A model generated the notes under the pieces. The model was not told the DNA's origin. It worked only from the letters and a program-made list of their open reading frames with translations, and ran no database searches. DNA of 64,000 nt, taken from assembly GCA_002104905.1 (NCBI GenBank), contig MCFE01000205.1, positions 62,001 through 126,000 of the forward strand, written 5' to 3'. The stretch comes from Basidiobolus meristosporus CBS 931.73. Taxonomy: Eukaryota > Fungi > Basidiobolomycota. The stretch's first letter is position 1; each line of letters opens with the position of its first letter. Both the position numbers and the translations under genes were made by a program. Below are positions 24,291 through 37,900 of the stretch, one piece after another.

Positions 24291-27200
24291 TGAATTGCTA
24301 TTACTTGTCATGATCCAAACCACGCATTTTTTTGCAATCCCACTTGAGCTACCACAAATCAGTGGTCACTAAACTTATGATATAAGCAATATTCAGGTTG
24401 TCTCACATTTGAGACAGAACCCCTATAGATAAACACCCTGCATATATATACATCTTCTGTTACACTAGTGCAGCCATTTGATCCATTTTGCACCGGTTTG
24501 ATCAGTTTTGTGATAGCAATGATGCCTTGTCCAATCACTAGGATCAGGGACTTACTTCCTCAATGGGCAAAATGGGATATTTGATGGCAAATCAGGTAGC
24601 TTGTGTATTGGTCAAAGAGCCAATTGGGGGCTGACAGCTCAGAATACTTTAGGACCAACTAACTGCTGAGATACCATCCATTTGGAGTCATGGTAACCAA
24701 GATGGTAAGTATCAGTGTAATATATAGTGTGATACACTTTTATTTCTATTTACAGTAAAGAAACATATCCAAATACTGGATTTTACCTGCTATAATAGCG
24801 GTATCCAATTGCACTTGTGATGCAAACATTACAAGTTGGCGCAATCAGCTGTGCCAACCTGATTGTGTCAGATTGTACCATAGTGTGCAAGATTGTCCCC
24901 CATGGTGCAAAATTGTCCCAGAGCAATCCCGCCAACTGGTAGCTATAATATTGTGCCCAATTGTTCTTAGAGACTGCAGATTGCACCATGTGCCCTGGCA
25001 TAGTACTATGGAACAAGTCTAATATATTTGATGGCAAATATTGCAAACAACCAAGAAATAAGGGCCACTTTGAAGGTATGTGTGACTATGCCTTTGCCTT
25101 GGCACTTGATGCATGCTCATTAAACTAGCACAACACCAGCAAATCCTGTTGGCTACTGATTCTCATCAACCTGAATCTGCCACCTATTTTAAGGTATCAG
25201 AGCAGAAATCTGATGATTGTCTCATTGGTAGCTGAGCCTAAATTATTGTCCAGCCTGTATATATACCTGTATCCATTGCTAAATGAGTTTTGTATGCTTA
25301 CCAGCGGGATGATGGTAAATGGCCATTAGGTCATAGCACATGTTATTATCTGCATTGGAGATACCTTAGCCATCTGCAAAATAGCCAGCTTCTCTGGGCA
25401 CAATGAATGGTATTGCTGTTGAATGCATGAGATCCAGGGGACTTGCTCCATAACTCACACACATTGTTACCCAAACACCAATACCAAAATCATCATTGTC
25501 ACACAGAGAGAATGTGCAGAAGTCAGCATGCAATTGCAGCAAAGTTGGCAAGCAATAAGCCATTGGCCAGAATATGAAACTAACTGGAAACCAGAGATAC
25601 TTAAGATAGAGGGTACCTGTTGGATCAAAAGCTTTCCACTAGGAGCAATGCATTTGCTTTCAACAATATCTCTATACTAACAACCAAGTTGTATATGGGG
25701 CATTTCAGGTAAAATGTGCCCTTTGGGATGTTGGAGAAATTCAAAAGAAGTGGCTAGATATTATGGAGCATCTGCTACCCTAAGTACTTCTCATGGGCTC
25801 CAATCAACATTCATACACATATGCCACAATGCAAGTACAAGGACCAGATGAACTGGATATGTATTTATTCAAGTTACCTTCTGAAGCCACTTCCACCAAG
25901 GGTACATTGGAAGCATTGGGAGTGATATGTGGATATTGTATGAATATTTATCCAGTAGCAGATGATCAATGCCAACTTGAAGCATCCATAGCATATGTGC
26001 AAGGAGTTTGTGATGGGATTTGAGTGGCTGCACTACAAACATAGTGCTGCATGCGCAGATCTCTGCTGCTACTGTATTCATTAGCTACTCAATCTTGCTT
26101 GGTGTTTGGTGAATATTGGGCCTTACTTCACCTTTTGGGAGTTTCCTATGGAGTAGATGTGTGAGTAGATAGGAAGACAAGTCAAATTTCAGGTACTACC
26201 ATATCCCAATCTCATCAAGAATATCACTTTCAAGTTTGTCATGGATATGATGAGTTGGCAGATGGAGGACATCAAGGAAGTGCTGGAAAACACTGAGGAC
26301 AGATGTGCACATGGAGACACCAATGCCTATGGCATTAAGAAGCTAAGCAGCCCTAATGCATGTGTAATCAGTTAAGTAATTCAAAAGTAGCTTTGGTGCA
26401 ACACACAACTATTTTTATAAGTAAAACTATACCAAGGTATGCGTGATTTATCTTGGTTACAAGCCAATTTCTACACTATGCAATACAGAATTCACACAAA
26501 CAAGAACCAGAGCACACCTATAAGGGAGACTAGACTCCAGCTGGGAGAATGAATATAATGGCTAAACACCAAAAGGTTCTTTGTGGATATTCAGGAGATA
26601 TTCATGGCAGAAGTGGTGGCAACCAGACATATTTTGCAAGATGCATATGCTACCAGCAATACAAGATATAAGGCACCTTTGCAAGCATCACTCTAAAAAG
26701 CTGTAAAGTTGAGGTGATAGAAGTATATCAATTGTGGCAGGTGTGGGTGTTTGTAAAGGTTAGTAAGCATGAGGCCATAGTATTTTTTGATATGAATAGT
26801 TTGTGAGATACCCAAGGTGGTAGAGGGTAAGCAAATAAAGAGGGGATATTCTACAATGGATTACATAAATTGAACAAGGGGAGGTGGAAGAAGTAAATAT
26901 CATTTGGTAAATTGGTATGGTAACGTTATAAAGAACTAACCGTAGGTCACCACACTGCTGCTATAACACCATCAGAGGCTTGCAATGAGGCCATCAAAAC
27001 ACCATGAAATTTCTTGCCATATAAGGCAATGGGATGTGCTTGCCAATTAGGAACACTCAAATAGTTGTAGAGAATGCTGAGACTGCAACAATGCCATGCC
27101 ACCCTTGCCAAATACCACCCAAACACTGTTTTGTTCTTCAACTTTATTTGGCAGTAAAATTAGCCAAATGCTGTTGTGATCCCACCAGGAGATCTGGTAC

Positions 27201-27299
27201 AGGGCATTTAATTACAAGCCACTGATATTTTAATGGTCTCTTGAGGGATTCCTGATGGCTGATCTGGATTGCATCTGACTGTGGGACCAAATTATATTC

Positions 27300-28600
27300 T
27301 GTAGGGCTTAAAAACAATCAGAATGCACTTCACCTGCTCCATGAGCAGTATCATAGGATCACACTACCAAATTGAGTTGAGTTTAGGTCAGCATTGGTAT
27401 ACCTAGAAATATCTGAAATAGCAGAAATTGTCCAAAGCTGAAGAACAAGGATGCAACAACTAAAAACAGGCAGCTTCCTCAAGAGCCTGCCACAGGCAGA
27501 GCTGGGAGCTCAAAACAAGCCACAAAGAGACATTAGGTGGCTAGATGAGTGCTGGTAAGGGACAATAATGCAGAAATAGTTACACTATCACCTCATTTAT
27601 CAAGGAAGTAACTGGAACAATACACAAGGCATGCAGCTGAAGTTGCAGAAAAAGGCCCTGTCAGTGATCAAAACAAGTGCCTTCCTCCAGATCCTGTTGC
27701 AAGCAGGGCTGGAAGCTCTAAACAGGTAGCAAAGAAACTTCATGTAGCTCAAAAAGTGCTGGTAGGGACTAGCACAAAGAATAAACAATTTGTCCACTAC
27801 TGGCTCCTCATCCTCCATTACAGACAGAGTGGTGATCCCACTGACAAATAAAGCAACAGTGTCAAGAACTTAGAGGAGTATCAAGATGCCTACAGTGAAG
27901 TTTTGGATTAGTGATAAGCATGCTAAGTGGCTGTAGCACTTTGTTAAGAGTAGTACTCAAGAAGATGTACCAAAATGTTTCAAGGAGTTATTGCAAAGAA
28001 TGGCAGATGAGGTACTAGACCTTGGAGTGCTGGCTGAAGACTAGGATATATGGGAACCAGTAAATGAATAAGGGCATAATGCCATAGGGCTCCTACCAAA
28101 ATAATGCTTAAAGAGCATTATGGCAGAAGCACTTATTGAATGGAGGATTTTAATAGATGTACTGGTTCAGTGTGAAGCTGGGCTCAATGTTGGTGTTGGG
28201 TATAGGGACTTGTATAGCTCAGTACTATTGACATTAGAGCTACAACTGAAGATCCAACAGAAATTTGCCAATTGTATACATGAATAGTAAGAGTGATGGT
28301 TAAATCAGGAAGTAGGAGTGTGAAAAAGAGGCAATAGCCAATCAATGTACACGTATGTAGGTGGTGATTAAGTGTTTGGAATCAGAAAGTAAGAGAATAG
28401 GTAGAGAACCAAGGAAAAGCCACCTATGTATTGTTGTGATGAAAAATTTATTCTGGGTGACATAGTATGTGGATCCCAATGCTTGTTGTAGGTACAGAGG
28501 AAACAAGAACTGACCATATGGTGCAGTGTACAAATGTTACAGGAGCCAGTAAATAAAAGGCAATACAGGTATGGTGTTTAATAGAGTGACTTGTATACAA
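27300..28600 (+). pseudogene. ORF family X copy
   Basis: 27830-28500 aligns with 5470-5900 and with the reverse complement of 61200-61860. Confidence 0.55.
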
Positions 28601-31455
28601 CAGCTACCATTATCTTCCATAATGGCATGATGATCCTATCAGATGCTTGGCAGATATATGATGACATAGCTTATAAAGCATCTTCACCACTTTGAGATAT
28701 AAGAGCACTGTCACAAAGCAGTGCTGTAATAGCATCTAATAATGATGTGTATATTGAATACAGATGGCTGATGATGGACTCTGCTCCGCAAAATTTACTA
28801 GAGAGCAAGTGTCATAGTGCACATTTATGTTGCCTGAAATAACTACTGGTGAACCTCACACCTTATATGAGCTTAAATATCAAATCACCCATTTGGGAGT
28901 TACAGTACTGTATAAGACTGGCACATATGCTTAGAAGACCTCAAATGAGCCTTGCTGTCTTGGCAGTGCTTTTCTTAAGGATTTTTAGCATGTCACTTTC
29001 AAGCTTCAAGATAGTTGATTCCAGATTTCCAATGGTGCAGACCTGGATTTGTCACAGTTATGCAACCAAAATATTCTACAGATGTGGATACCTATGTAGA
29101 GTGCCATAGCATCTTGATAGTTGATGAGTTTTTAGGCAGATCTGACTTGGGCCCCCATAGATGTTTTAGTGGTAATAAGCTTCTTATCATCTTGAAATAA
29201 ATTTTACCTAAAATAACTTCAACAATCTCAACAATATGCCAACTGGAAATGAAAGAATCCAGCTACACTTTACTGCTCCAACTATTTTGCCTAATTTTGG
29301 TTTATATAGGATCCAACTTCTGGTTAGTGCCACATTCTGTAGTACTCATGAGTCATTGTGTTTGAAGATCATATTGTATGAGAATTGGCAAAATCCTAAC
29401 TGCTCAGCAAGAGCTCTATGAGCCAAATCACGGTTAGCACTCGAGAAAGAATGATCCAGAGGTGTAACAAATGATATTTATTGCACCGCATTGCTTGTAT
29501 ACTCCACTTACATACATGGACCATGTAGGAAATTAATTTGGACTTATATTATGACACTGGGTCCATTCATAAGAAACGGATCTGGGCCAAAAGGATAAAA
29601 ATCGGCAAATCAAAGTAACACACGGATATCACCAATATGGCGTGACACTCATAGTAGGAATCCAGCATGATGATCTTCTACGCAATGAATCCGAGGGAAC
29701 TGGGCAGGTTGGCCAAACAATCCATCCCACTCCACCAATCGATGCACGATAATCACGGTTTCTTGTAAGCGCGCCAGTTCAATTTAATTTTGCTACGAAG
29801 CAGGCCTCACCTCGCCATATTGGGCCAATCGGAGATTCCACGCATTCACTACCAGGTTCTGGCCCAACTCTGGATACGGAACAACTGGCATCTCGTTGGC
29901 ACCGGTACGCGGTCCATAGCACAAATGGGATGAATAAGATACGAAGGAACCTGACCAATCCCCATGCTCATACCAACAGAAGAGATTTCGAAACCAGGAA
30001 AATGCATTCGTGTTCATGGCTGGTTAATCGCCACCTGGCTGATAATGACTGCATCGATGGCTGATTTCCACATCTTCTGGTTGGCTCATACCATCGAGCT
30101 GGTGCCTGAGGCCCTCCCACCAATGGCTACCGCCACAAATCACACCCATTCCTTTGACCCCTGAGCTCAGGTGAGTGCAGTCTCAACCATGCACTCATGC
30201 AATCCCAGCAGCAATCTGGCCATGTGTGGCCTTGATGCTATAGCAGCCCGACAATAACTGACACAGCCATTAGTCCCGAAAGCGCTTAGCTAGCTTCAAA
30301 ATTGCCTGAACCGCATCCACGTGATTGGCGCCCGTAGTATCCTTCGTGGAGCGCGAGGAAACAGTGCCAGGAGGAATGGAAGTCGGCTTCAAGACGTTGA
30401 GTAGCGATGCCCAGCACTCCACCCGTCATACCTGCCGTTTTAAGAAAGGCACGACGGCTCTCATGGCCTTGCAGGGACTCCAGCTTGACTAGTGGGATCT
30501 GATAACAAACCAAGGAGACGCAACGTGGCTCACCACCAAACAATCCAGCTCCACGGCAACACATGTTGTTCCAGTGCGGTGTTGCCAACCAGAGACTGCA
30601 ACACGCTTTCCGCCTACCTCGAGAGGAACACGACCGCCACACCAGGGTCGCTTTCGGGATGTTGCACCAACCGAAATTAGCCCAGTGATGTGATTGGCAT
30701 CATTCGTGATCCACAGAAGGCTCGACTCAAGGGGCTCGGCGATGGCTGATGCAATCATCAACATTTGTGTGTATTGCCTGCTTCCATGAGATTAGCCTGC
30801 ATCCTCCTCAACGTACCTGGATTACATCACGCCGGATCCAAATGGGAATCCCTAGCTGTAGCTGGCTTGCAGATCCGAATCGAGTCCAACACCGCCGCCT
30901 CGACAACCTGAAGTGCAGGCACAAAATTAATCACCCAGATGAGTACGAGCGTCCATATCCGAGTGGATTCCGGTTCGGAGAACAACAACCAGGCGAGGCG
31001 GTTGGCGCCAGCTAATTTGGTGGATGGGGAATTAATGAATGCAGGCGGTGGGATGGAAAATTTTCCTCTAGTTTATACAAATTAAACTTTGGCCTCAGGA
31101 AATACCAGGAGTAGTTGGCACCTAGGTTGCATTTGCTGGGTTGCCTTATTTGGTCTTGTGGTCGTCTGAGCTGATAGCCTTGGAGGGGCTCACTCTACAC
31201 GAAATGACGCCAATCAATATCGATTCAACGTTGGTTACATGGAATACATTCATGTCTATTTGTATTACTGTCATTTACCTGATGCTTGCCACTAATAAAT
31301 ATACCGCATCTACAGCCAATGGATTTTCCCTCTTGAGCCGTTGCTGAGTGACCAACCCTAACCACCTTCTCTGGCCTAGTCTCTAAATTCCCTATCCCTG
31401 CCCCGCCTCTGCGAACACCTTTATTCTCCAAGTCCCTCCCAATTCCGACACCCGG

Positions 31456-33792
31456 ATGTCCGACTTTTCCGATACTTCGGTACCGCCGTGCTTCCTAACT
31501 CCCCACCGGCCTTAGTCAGTGAACTCAACCCTTGCTCCCCTCTAGCAACGAGATGAGAACGTCGATTACGGTTGCCGTGCGGTGAAAGAGATCGCCGAGA
31601 GGAACCAGACTGAATTTGCCTCCATCATCACCTTTTTCAAACTACGGTAACCTCGGGTTTCTTTCGTCCCACTGATCCCCCTTTGACAGAAGGACTGACG
31701 CGTTCGTAGTATGCAACTAGAGGAAGGCTACTATAGGGGTCTGGAGAGACTGACGAAGCGGCAAGAAAATACCACCCACGGGTAAACCCATAGCAACTAC
31801 CCCATTTGGAAATGCCTGCCCTGTATTGACAGCACGTTTCCTCTGCCTCCGCCAGTGACATTACCACCTGCTCACACGCGTTCAGCGAGATAGTGGCCAG
31901 CAGCGAAAAGCTGGCCAAACACCACCAGAAGTTCATGCACACGCTGGAGCGGTTGATCATCGAGCCGTTAGCCCAAACAAAGGTAGCCAAAGTCCACGAG
32001 GAAACCCGGCTCTGCGTGGTCGACTGATGTCTTTGATTCAGGAATACCAACAAACCCGCCTCAACATCCTAAAGATCCGCGTGAAAGCGGTCACCAAGGA
32101 ATACTCGGAGCTGAGAGCCCAACTGTTCCCCAAGGTAGTTAACCCCAAGTGCAATGACACCTCCACCGGCCCAGACTGACCTGACGACCCGGATTAGCTG
32201 CAGCGGAACTACATCGCCAAATGCAAAGACTACTACGAACGCTCCATGGAGGACGACGAGGAAGGGGCCGATTTGGTAAGAGCCCTGAACACCAACAAGG
32301 CCACCAAGGTTGGTTTTCTCGGGAATCGCTCATCTCTCACGGGACACTAACCCGACGCTTGCCACCGATCCAGTTTCTGCAAAAGCAAGCGAAAGCTCGC
32401 AAGGAAATGGAGGCCGCCGGTAAGGAATACCCTGTAATATGGTCAAAGTGCATTGGCTGACGCGACCCCATGCTAGACGAGGAGTACCGTCGAGGTGTGC
32501 AAGCACTGGAGCGTGTTCGCCAACGGCACATCGAGGTGATGAAGCTGGCCCACGAGGAGTGTCGCAGGCTGGAGAGCCAGCGGTTCGACGCCATCAAGAA
32601 CGGCCTGAATATCTTCCAACAATCCGAATACGCGCTATGCGAGAAGTCGAAAGTGGTAAGCGTCCGGGCAACCATGCTAATCCCCTCGCTGCACAACCAG
32701 CCTAACTGACCCATCCGTACCAGCTCTCGGAAAACATCAACATGTTTGTTTCGTGCATCAAGCCGACCATCGACGTGGAGCTGTCCATGGCCAAGCTGAT
32801 GACCGGGAAATCGGTCTCCCCGGCGCCAGTCTACTATGAGAACTACCATGCCGGAACGACAAAAGGTTTTCCCCACACAAACACCCATCCCCCAAGATCA
32901 TTCCTGACTTTTGCCTCGCGTCGTGGACAGAGCTGATCTTTGGGATTTCCCTCAGCGAGCATTACGAGAAGAAGCTTTGCACCGTCCCGTATATCGTGGA
33001 GAAGTGCATCGGCCTAATCGAAGAGCAGGGTAGGTCACCGGTCTGCCCTCTGGCCCCACCGGCCCCCATGCTAACCCTCTCCCTAGGTCTAGAGAAACAA
33101 GGGCTGTACCGCGTTTCGGGCAAGAAGGCCCAGATCGAAAATCTGCGCCACGCCTTCGAGCAGGATGAGAACATCAGCATCGGCAGCGAGGTGAACGTAT
33201 CGGCGCTGACCAGTTTGCTGAAAAGTTACTTCTTGAAGCTGCCCGAGCCGCTGTTCACCTTCCCATCCGATCGCAGAATCGAATACTCCAGTAAGTGCGC
33301 GCGGGATCAGGGGCCGGACGACAGGATGCTAATGAGACCCATCTCCCCTGTAGAAATCAAGGATGAATTCATCCGGCTGGAGTTTCTTCGTCAGGAGCTG
33401 AAGCTGCTAGCTCCCCCGCACTACGACACCCTTCGCTGCGTGGTGAACCATCTGGGCCGGTAGGTGCACCATGTCCCTATTCGATGAGGGCCAGTTGAGC
33501 CTTAATACATATACTATGCAGGATTGCCGCGCATGCGGACACGAACAAGATGACCCCCTACAATCTGTCCTTGATCTTCACCCCGGTGATCTTCCAGGAC
33601 ACACCGGAGACCAAGCGGGCCAACTCCATCTACGAGTGGCAGTACGACAGCGTACTGGAGGACATGATTGTTCACACTGCCAAGGTCTTCGACATCCCCC
33701 CGTTCGCCCAACTCAACAAGCCCTTGGCGAAGTCGAGGACCACCAGCAAGGTCGGGAACATCTTTCGTCTGTTTCCGGGATACGCCAAGTGA
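31456..33792 (+). CDS. F-BAR (FCH) domain Rho GTPase-activating protein, 13 exons (Rgd/Rga7-like)
   Basis: Hand splicing gives MSDFSDTS-QRDENVDYGC...FFKLRMQLEEGYYRGL (FCH), a coiled coil, then LIFG..., GLYRVSG (arginine finger), LLKSYFLKLPEPL, NKMTPYNLSLIFTP. Twelve GT-AG introns. Confidence 0.9.
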
Positions 33793-34975
33793 GAGTCCCT
33801 CCAACTCTGTTCGACGCCCACCTCACGGGTGCCGAAGATATTGGCTGGCCATCTATCGCCCCTAGGATGGGCTCAAGCAAACTGCAGCGCTCCCTCGTCT
33901 TGCCATCTGCAACACGGGGAGTCTTTGTCCTCTTTGGGTCACCATCATTCATCCTTTCCACCCCACCCGACACCGACCTTGACCCTCGCCTTCGTCTCCA
34001 TCCATCTCACCCTCACCTTTACTATCACCTTACTTTCACCTCACGTTCGTTTACTATCAACCTTACTTTCAACTCACCTGTAAATATGCCTCCGATCCAA
34101 AGTTGGCTTAATTTTGGTAATCCATCTAATTAATTATGTACGCCGCTTGTCATGTGAGCCCGACGGATCATGTGGCCAAGCGTAATTTATTCTGCGCAAA
34201 TTTGTGCCAAGCAAAACATGCGCACTCATCTCCCCTGTACCATCATGGCGCATATATCGTAATAAACTAGTGTAATCCATTCCTTCGACAAACTTCTGGT
34301 CACCCACGGGCGACGCGGCATACGGATGCTGGACACCAGCGTGCCCACCGCTGAGAGGATGTGACTATCTCTTCTTGTCCACCTCTTAAACTAACCGCCT
34401 GCATCTGCCCCCAAGCCAGGTTGATTGGGGTCGGATGGCGCCTCTTCCATGATGCTCCTTCACCAATCTCCATGTGTGTTCTGCTGATTAGGAAACGGAT
34501 TGTGCTCATGATGGACTTGTCGCAAACCGAGATTTATGTTCCAAGGATTTGCTGTCACCGAGAGGACCCCTCACGGGGGGTTACCACGGCCCTTATGATG
34601 GTGACGATGTGCAGATCGTAACGCTTCTTTGACGAGCTTAGAGTCAGGGGATTTTTCTAGTTTGAACTAGTATACCTGCCCAAATCATGCTCTCATTTTG
34701 TTGGGGTGAGTTTCTATGCTTCCCAGACTGGTTGCCAAATGCATGATGCTTCAGGTCAACTGGCAGCAATCAAGTATCTGAGAGTGATGTCTCCATATAC
34801 ACTTTCCTTTCTGTGGCTTTTGCCTTCTTTTTCTCAACTGTCCATCCGACTAGGATGCATCATGTCACACTGTACCATTAAAAATGCTCTTTAGTAACCA
34901 GAATCATTTTGTCAACTAGAAGCTTTTGAGTTGTTGACAATGATCAGTTTCCATCTGGCTCAGTCATGTAGAAAG

Positions 34976-37900
34976 TGTTGTAAAAATTTGTATTTCCACC
35001 TAAATATTCACCTAACTTAGTCACTTGGATCATTACCTTCATACCCTAGAGAATACTAACCAAATTCCTTGTTGGGATTTACTTGGATTATTTTCCCCAA
35101 AATACCAGGTACCCAGAAAATTAAAATTCTCAAAGATGTCCAAACAGCCCCAAACTTTGCACACATGTTCTTGGGACCTTCCTTAACCTATTCTACATGT
35201 TTGTAATGTCTACTACTGCTATTACTGGAATTTTCCCCTCTCCTGAATAATTGGATGGATCTAACTACCAAGTGTGGAAGGTGAAGATGAAGATGCTGCT
35301 ACAAGAAAGAGGCCCATGGGATATTGTAATGGGAGAAGAATGGCTCCTAAAAACGTGGGAGTGGAAGCCTTGAAGTACCAGAAGAAAGAACAAAGTGCCT
35401 TTGACTGCATATGCCGTAATGTTAAAGACAAATTGCTAATTCAATGCTCAAGAGCAAAAATGGCAAAGAATGCCTGGAAGGCATTAGAAGACACCTACCA
35501 GTCATGTTCAGCTGCTAAGAAAATGTATCTGAGACAAAAATTCTTTACTACAAAGATGCTGCCAGGAGAAGTAGTGAAAAATCTAATTAACAGAATTACC
35601 CTGCTGGTAGATAAGTTGGAATCTGTGGGCATACCAACTACTGATGAGGATGTAATAGTCACCATCCTGAATAGCCTGACAGACAAGGTTCAGGGCCTTG
35701 TATCAGCCCTAGAGTCCAGAACTGAAGATTTGACCTTAAATTACATATATGGAAGGCTCCTGGATGAAGAATTAAGAAAATCAACTGCAAATAAGAAGGA
35801 AGAAGAAAATGCTTTAATAAGCAATGATAACCAACAAAGGAGGTACCCTAAACCTTACAAAGGTAACAGTAACCTGTTTTGTAACTACTGCAAAAGGAAA
35901 GGACACAAATCAGACTGGTGTCTCAAAAAGTAAGATAATCAGCAAAATAAGCCTGAATATGGAAATGCTGCAACAACTGAAAATAGACTATTCATGTCTG
36001 CACTAAATATGACTACAAACAAGGATTCTCAGATGTGGTATATTGACTCTGGAGCATCTCAACACTTTACACACCAAAAAGAACATTTTACCCAATATCA
36101 AGAAACTCCAATTAAGAAGGTTTTCATGGGTGACAATAGAACGTTTGATGCAGTGGGAGAAGGAACTATCCAAGTAAACCTAAGAAGCAGTGAAGGAAGC
36201 CATACACTGACATTTAAAGAAGTTCTCTATGTACCAGAAATAGCCAAGAACCTACTATCTGTAAGCAAGGCCACTGCAGAAGGACTCAGTTTCAGCTTTG
36301 ACAATTCTGGATGCAAGATCACTGATCAAAATGGTGCCCATATTGCTTTGGGTATCAGAGATCAGAATCTATACAAGTTGACTTATATTCCATCATATTT
36401 GGAAGCCAATATAAGTAACTTAAATGAAGAAACACCAATGCTTTGGCACAGGAGATTTGGGTGCATCAATTTTGATTATTTGCGCAAAATGATCAAAGAT
36501 CAGCTAATTTCTGGAGCAAAAATTGATTCCCCAGCCAATTTGGAGCACTGTGAGGCCTGCATATATGGGAAACAAGCCAGAAAACTGTTCAAGAGCTCTT
36601 GGTTAATCAAAACTAAGAAAAAATTAGTTCTAATTCACTCAGATCTGTGTGGACCTATGCAAAATTTATCCTTAGGTGGGATGAAGTACTTAATCACTTT
36701 TATTGATGATTATACAAAATACACATGGGTATACTTCATGAAGAGAAAGGAAGAAGTTCTGTCTAAGCTCAGGGAGTTCAAAGCCATGGTGGAGAGAGAC
36801 ACTGGTGAAAAAATCAAGAAAATATGCTCTGACAAAGGTGGAGAATATACCTCAAAACTCTTCATCCACTTCTGCAGAATTCATGGGATAAAGCAAGAGA
36901 CTACTGTACCATACTCCCCACAGCAAAATGGAGTAGCAGAACAAGCTAACAGATCAATAATTGATATGGCAAGATCTATGATTGATGATCAAAAATTATC
37001 CTATGATTTTTGAGTGGAATCAGTTGCCACTGCTGTATATCTTAAAAATAGGAGTTATAACAGAATACTTTGTGATTCTACTCCATTTGAAGCATGGTAT
37101 GGATACAGATCAAGGGCAGATCATCTAAGAGTATTTGGGTGTACAGCATATGCCAAGAAACTGCCCGGAAATCAGTCAAAAATCAAGCCAAAAAGTGTAA
37201 AATGCATATTTTTGGGCTTTTGCAATGAGAGTAAAGCATACAGACTCTACAGTACCAAAGCAAAGAAGCTAATCAAGTCCAGGGATGTGTTGTTTGATGA
37301 AAATTTAAAATTTTCACAAAAAATGACATCAGATGATGACAAAAATTTTATCTCAAGTCCACCAATTGTCAGGATTGAATCAGAGCAAAACAATGTAATT
37401 TTTTCACTCCAGAGGACTCTACATTCATGGTTCAGCCAGGATCAGTGCCCAGGGATATCCCAGAAGTGATCATTCCAGTATCAAATGCGTGGAGATCCAA
37501 TTGGACAAGAAATAGCCCAGATTACTATATCAATGTGGGTACAAACTTAGCCTATGCCTATTCAGTCCATATTAATGAACCCCAGACTGTAAAAGAGGCC
37601 CTAAATAGCCCTCAGATAAAGTTTTGGAGATCTGCAATGACTGAGGAATATCTGGCCCTGATGGAAAATCAAACTTGGGACTTGGTCAAATTACCAATCA
37701 ACCAAATATCAATTGGATGCAGTTGGGTCTTCTAGACAAAATACAAGGCTGATGGTACAATTGAAGGATACAAAGCAAGACTTGAAGCCAAAGGATACTT
37801 GCAAACAAAAGGACTTCACTATACTGAGACCTTTGCACCGGTAGCCAAGTTTAATTCCATCAGATTAATATTAGCTATTGCAGCCAAATATAAGTTATTT

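Larger units (their letters stand above)
14624..25020 (-). mobile_element. PHIS/Pangu-like transposon copy E2 with perfect AAT TSD
   Basis: AAT|AGACTTGTTCCAT ... ATGGAACAAGTCT|AAT. Transposase on minus (14807-15689); ORF2 on plus (16863-16965 and 23268-24290). Confidence 0.9.
14405..26950 (+). mobile_element. CACTA transposase pseudogene split by E2 (pieces 14405-14623 and 25021-26950)
   Basis: Joining the two pieces at the AAT duplication restores sequence collinear with 1195-3045. Confidence 0.8.

Noticed and set aside
33471-34133. 220-aa ORF overlapping the RhoGAP end
   Set aside because: Alternative frame of the last exon plus a C-rich 3' UTR; no motif.
35930-35935. Stop-codon readthrough between copia gag and pol
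   Set aside because: The sister copy at ~44825 has a sense codon (KKRD), so the TAA is decay.
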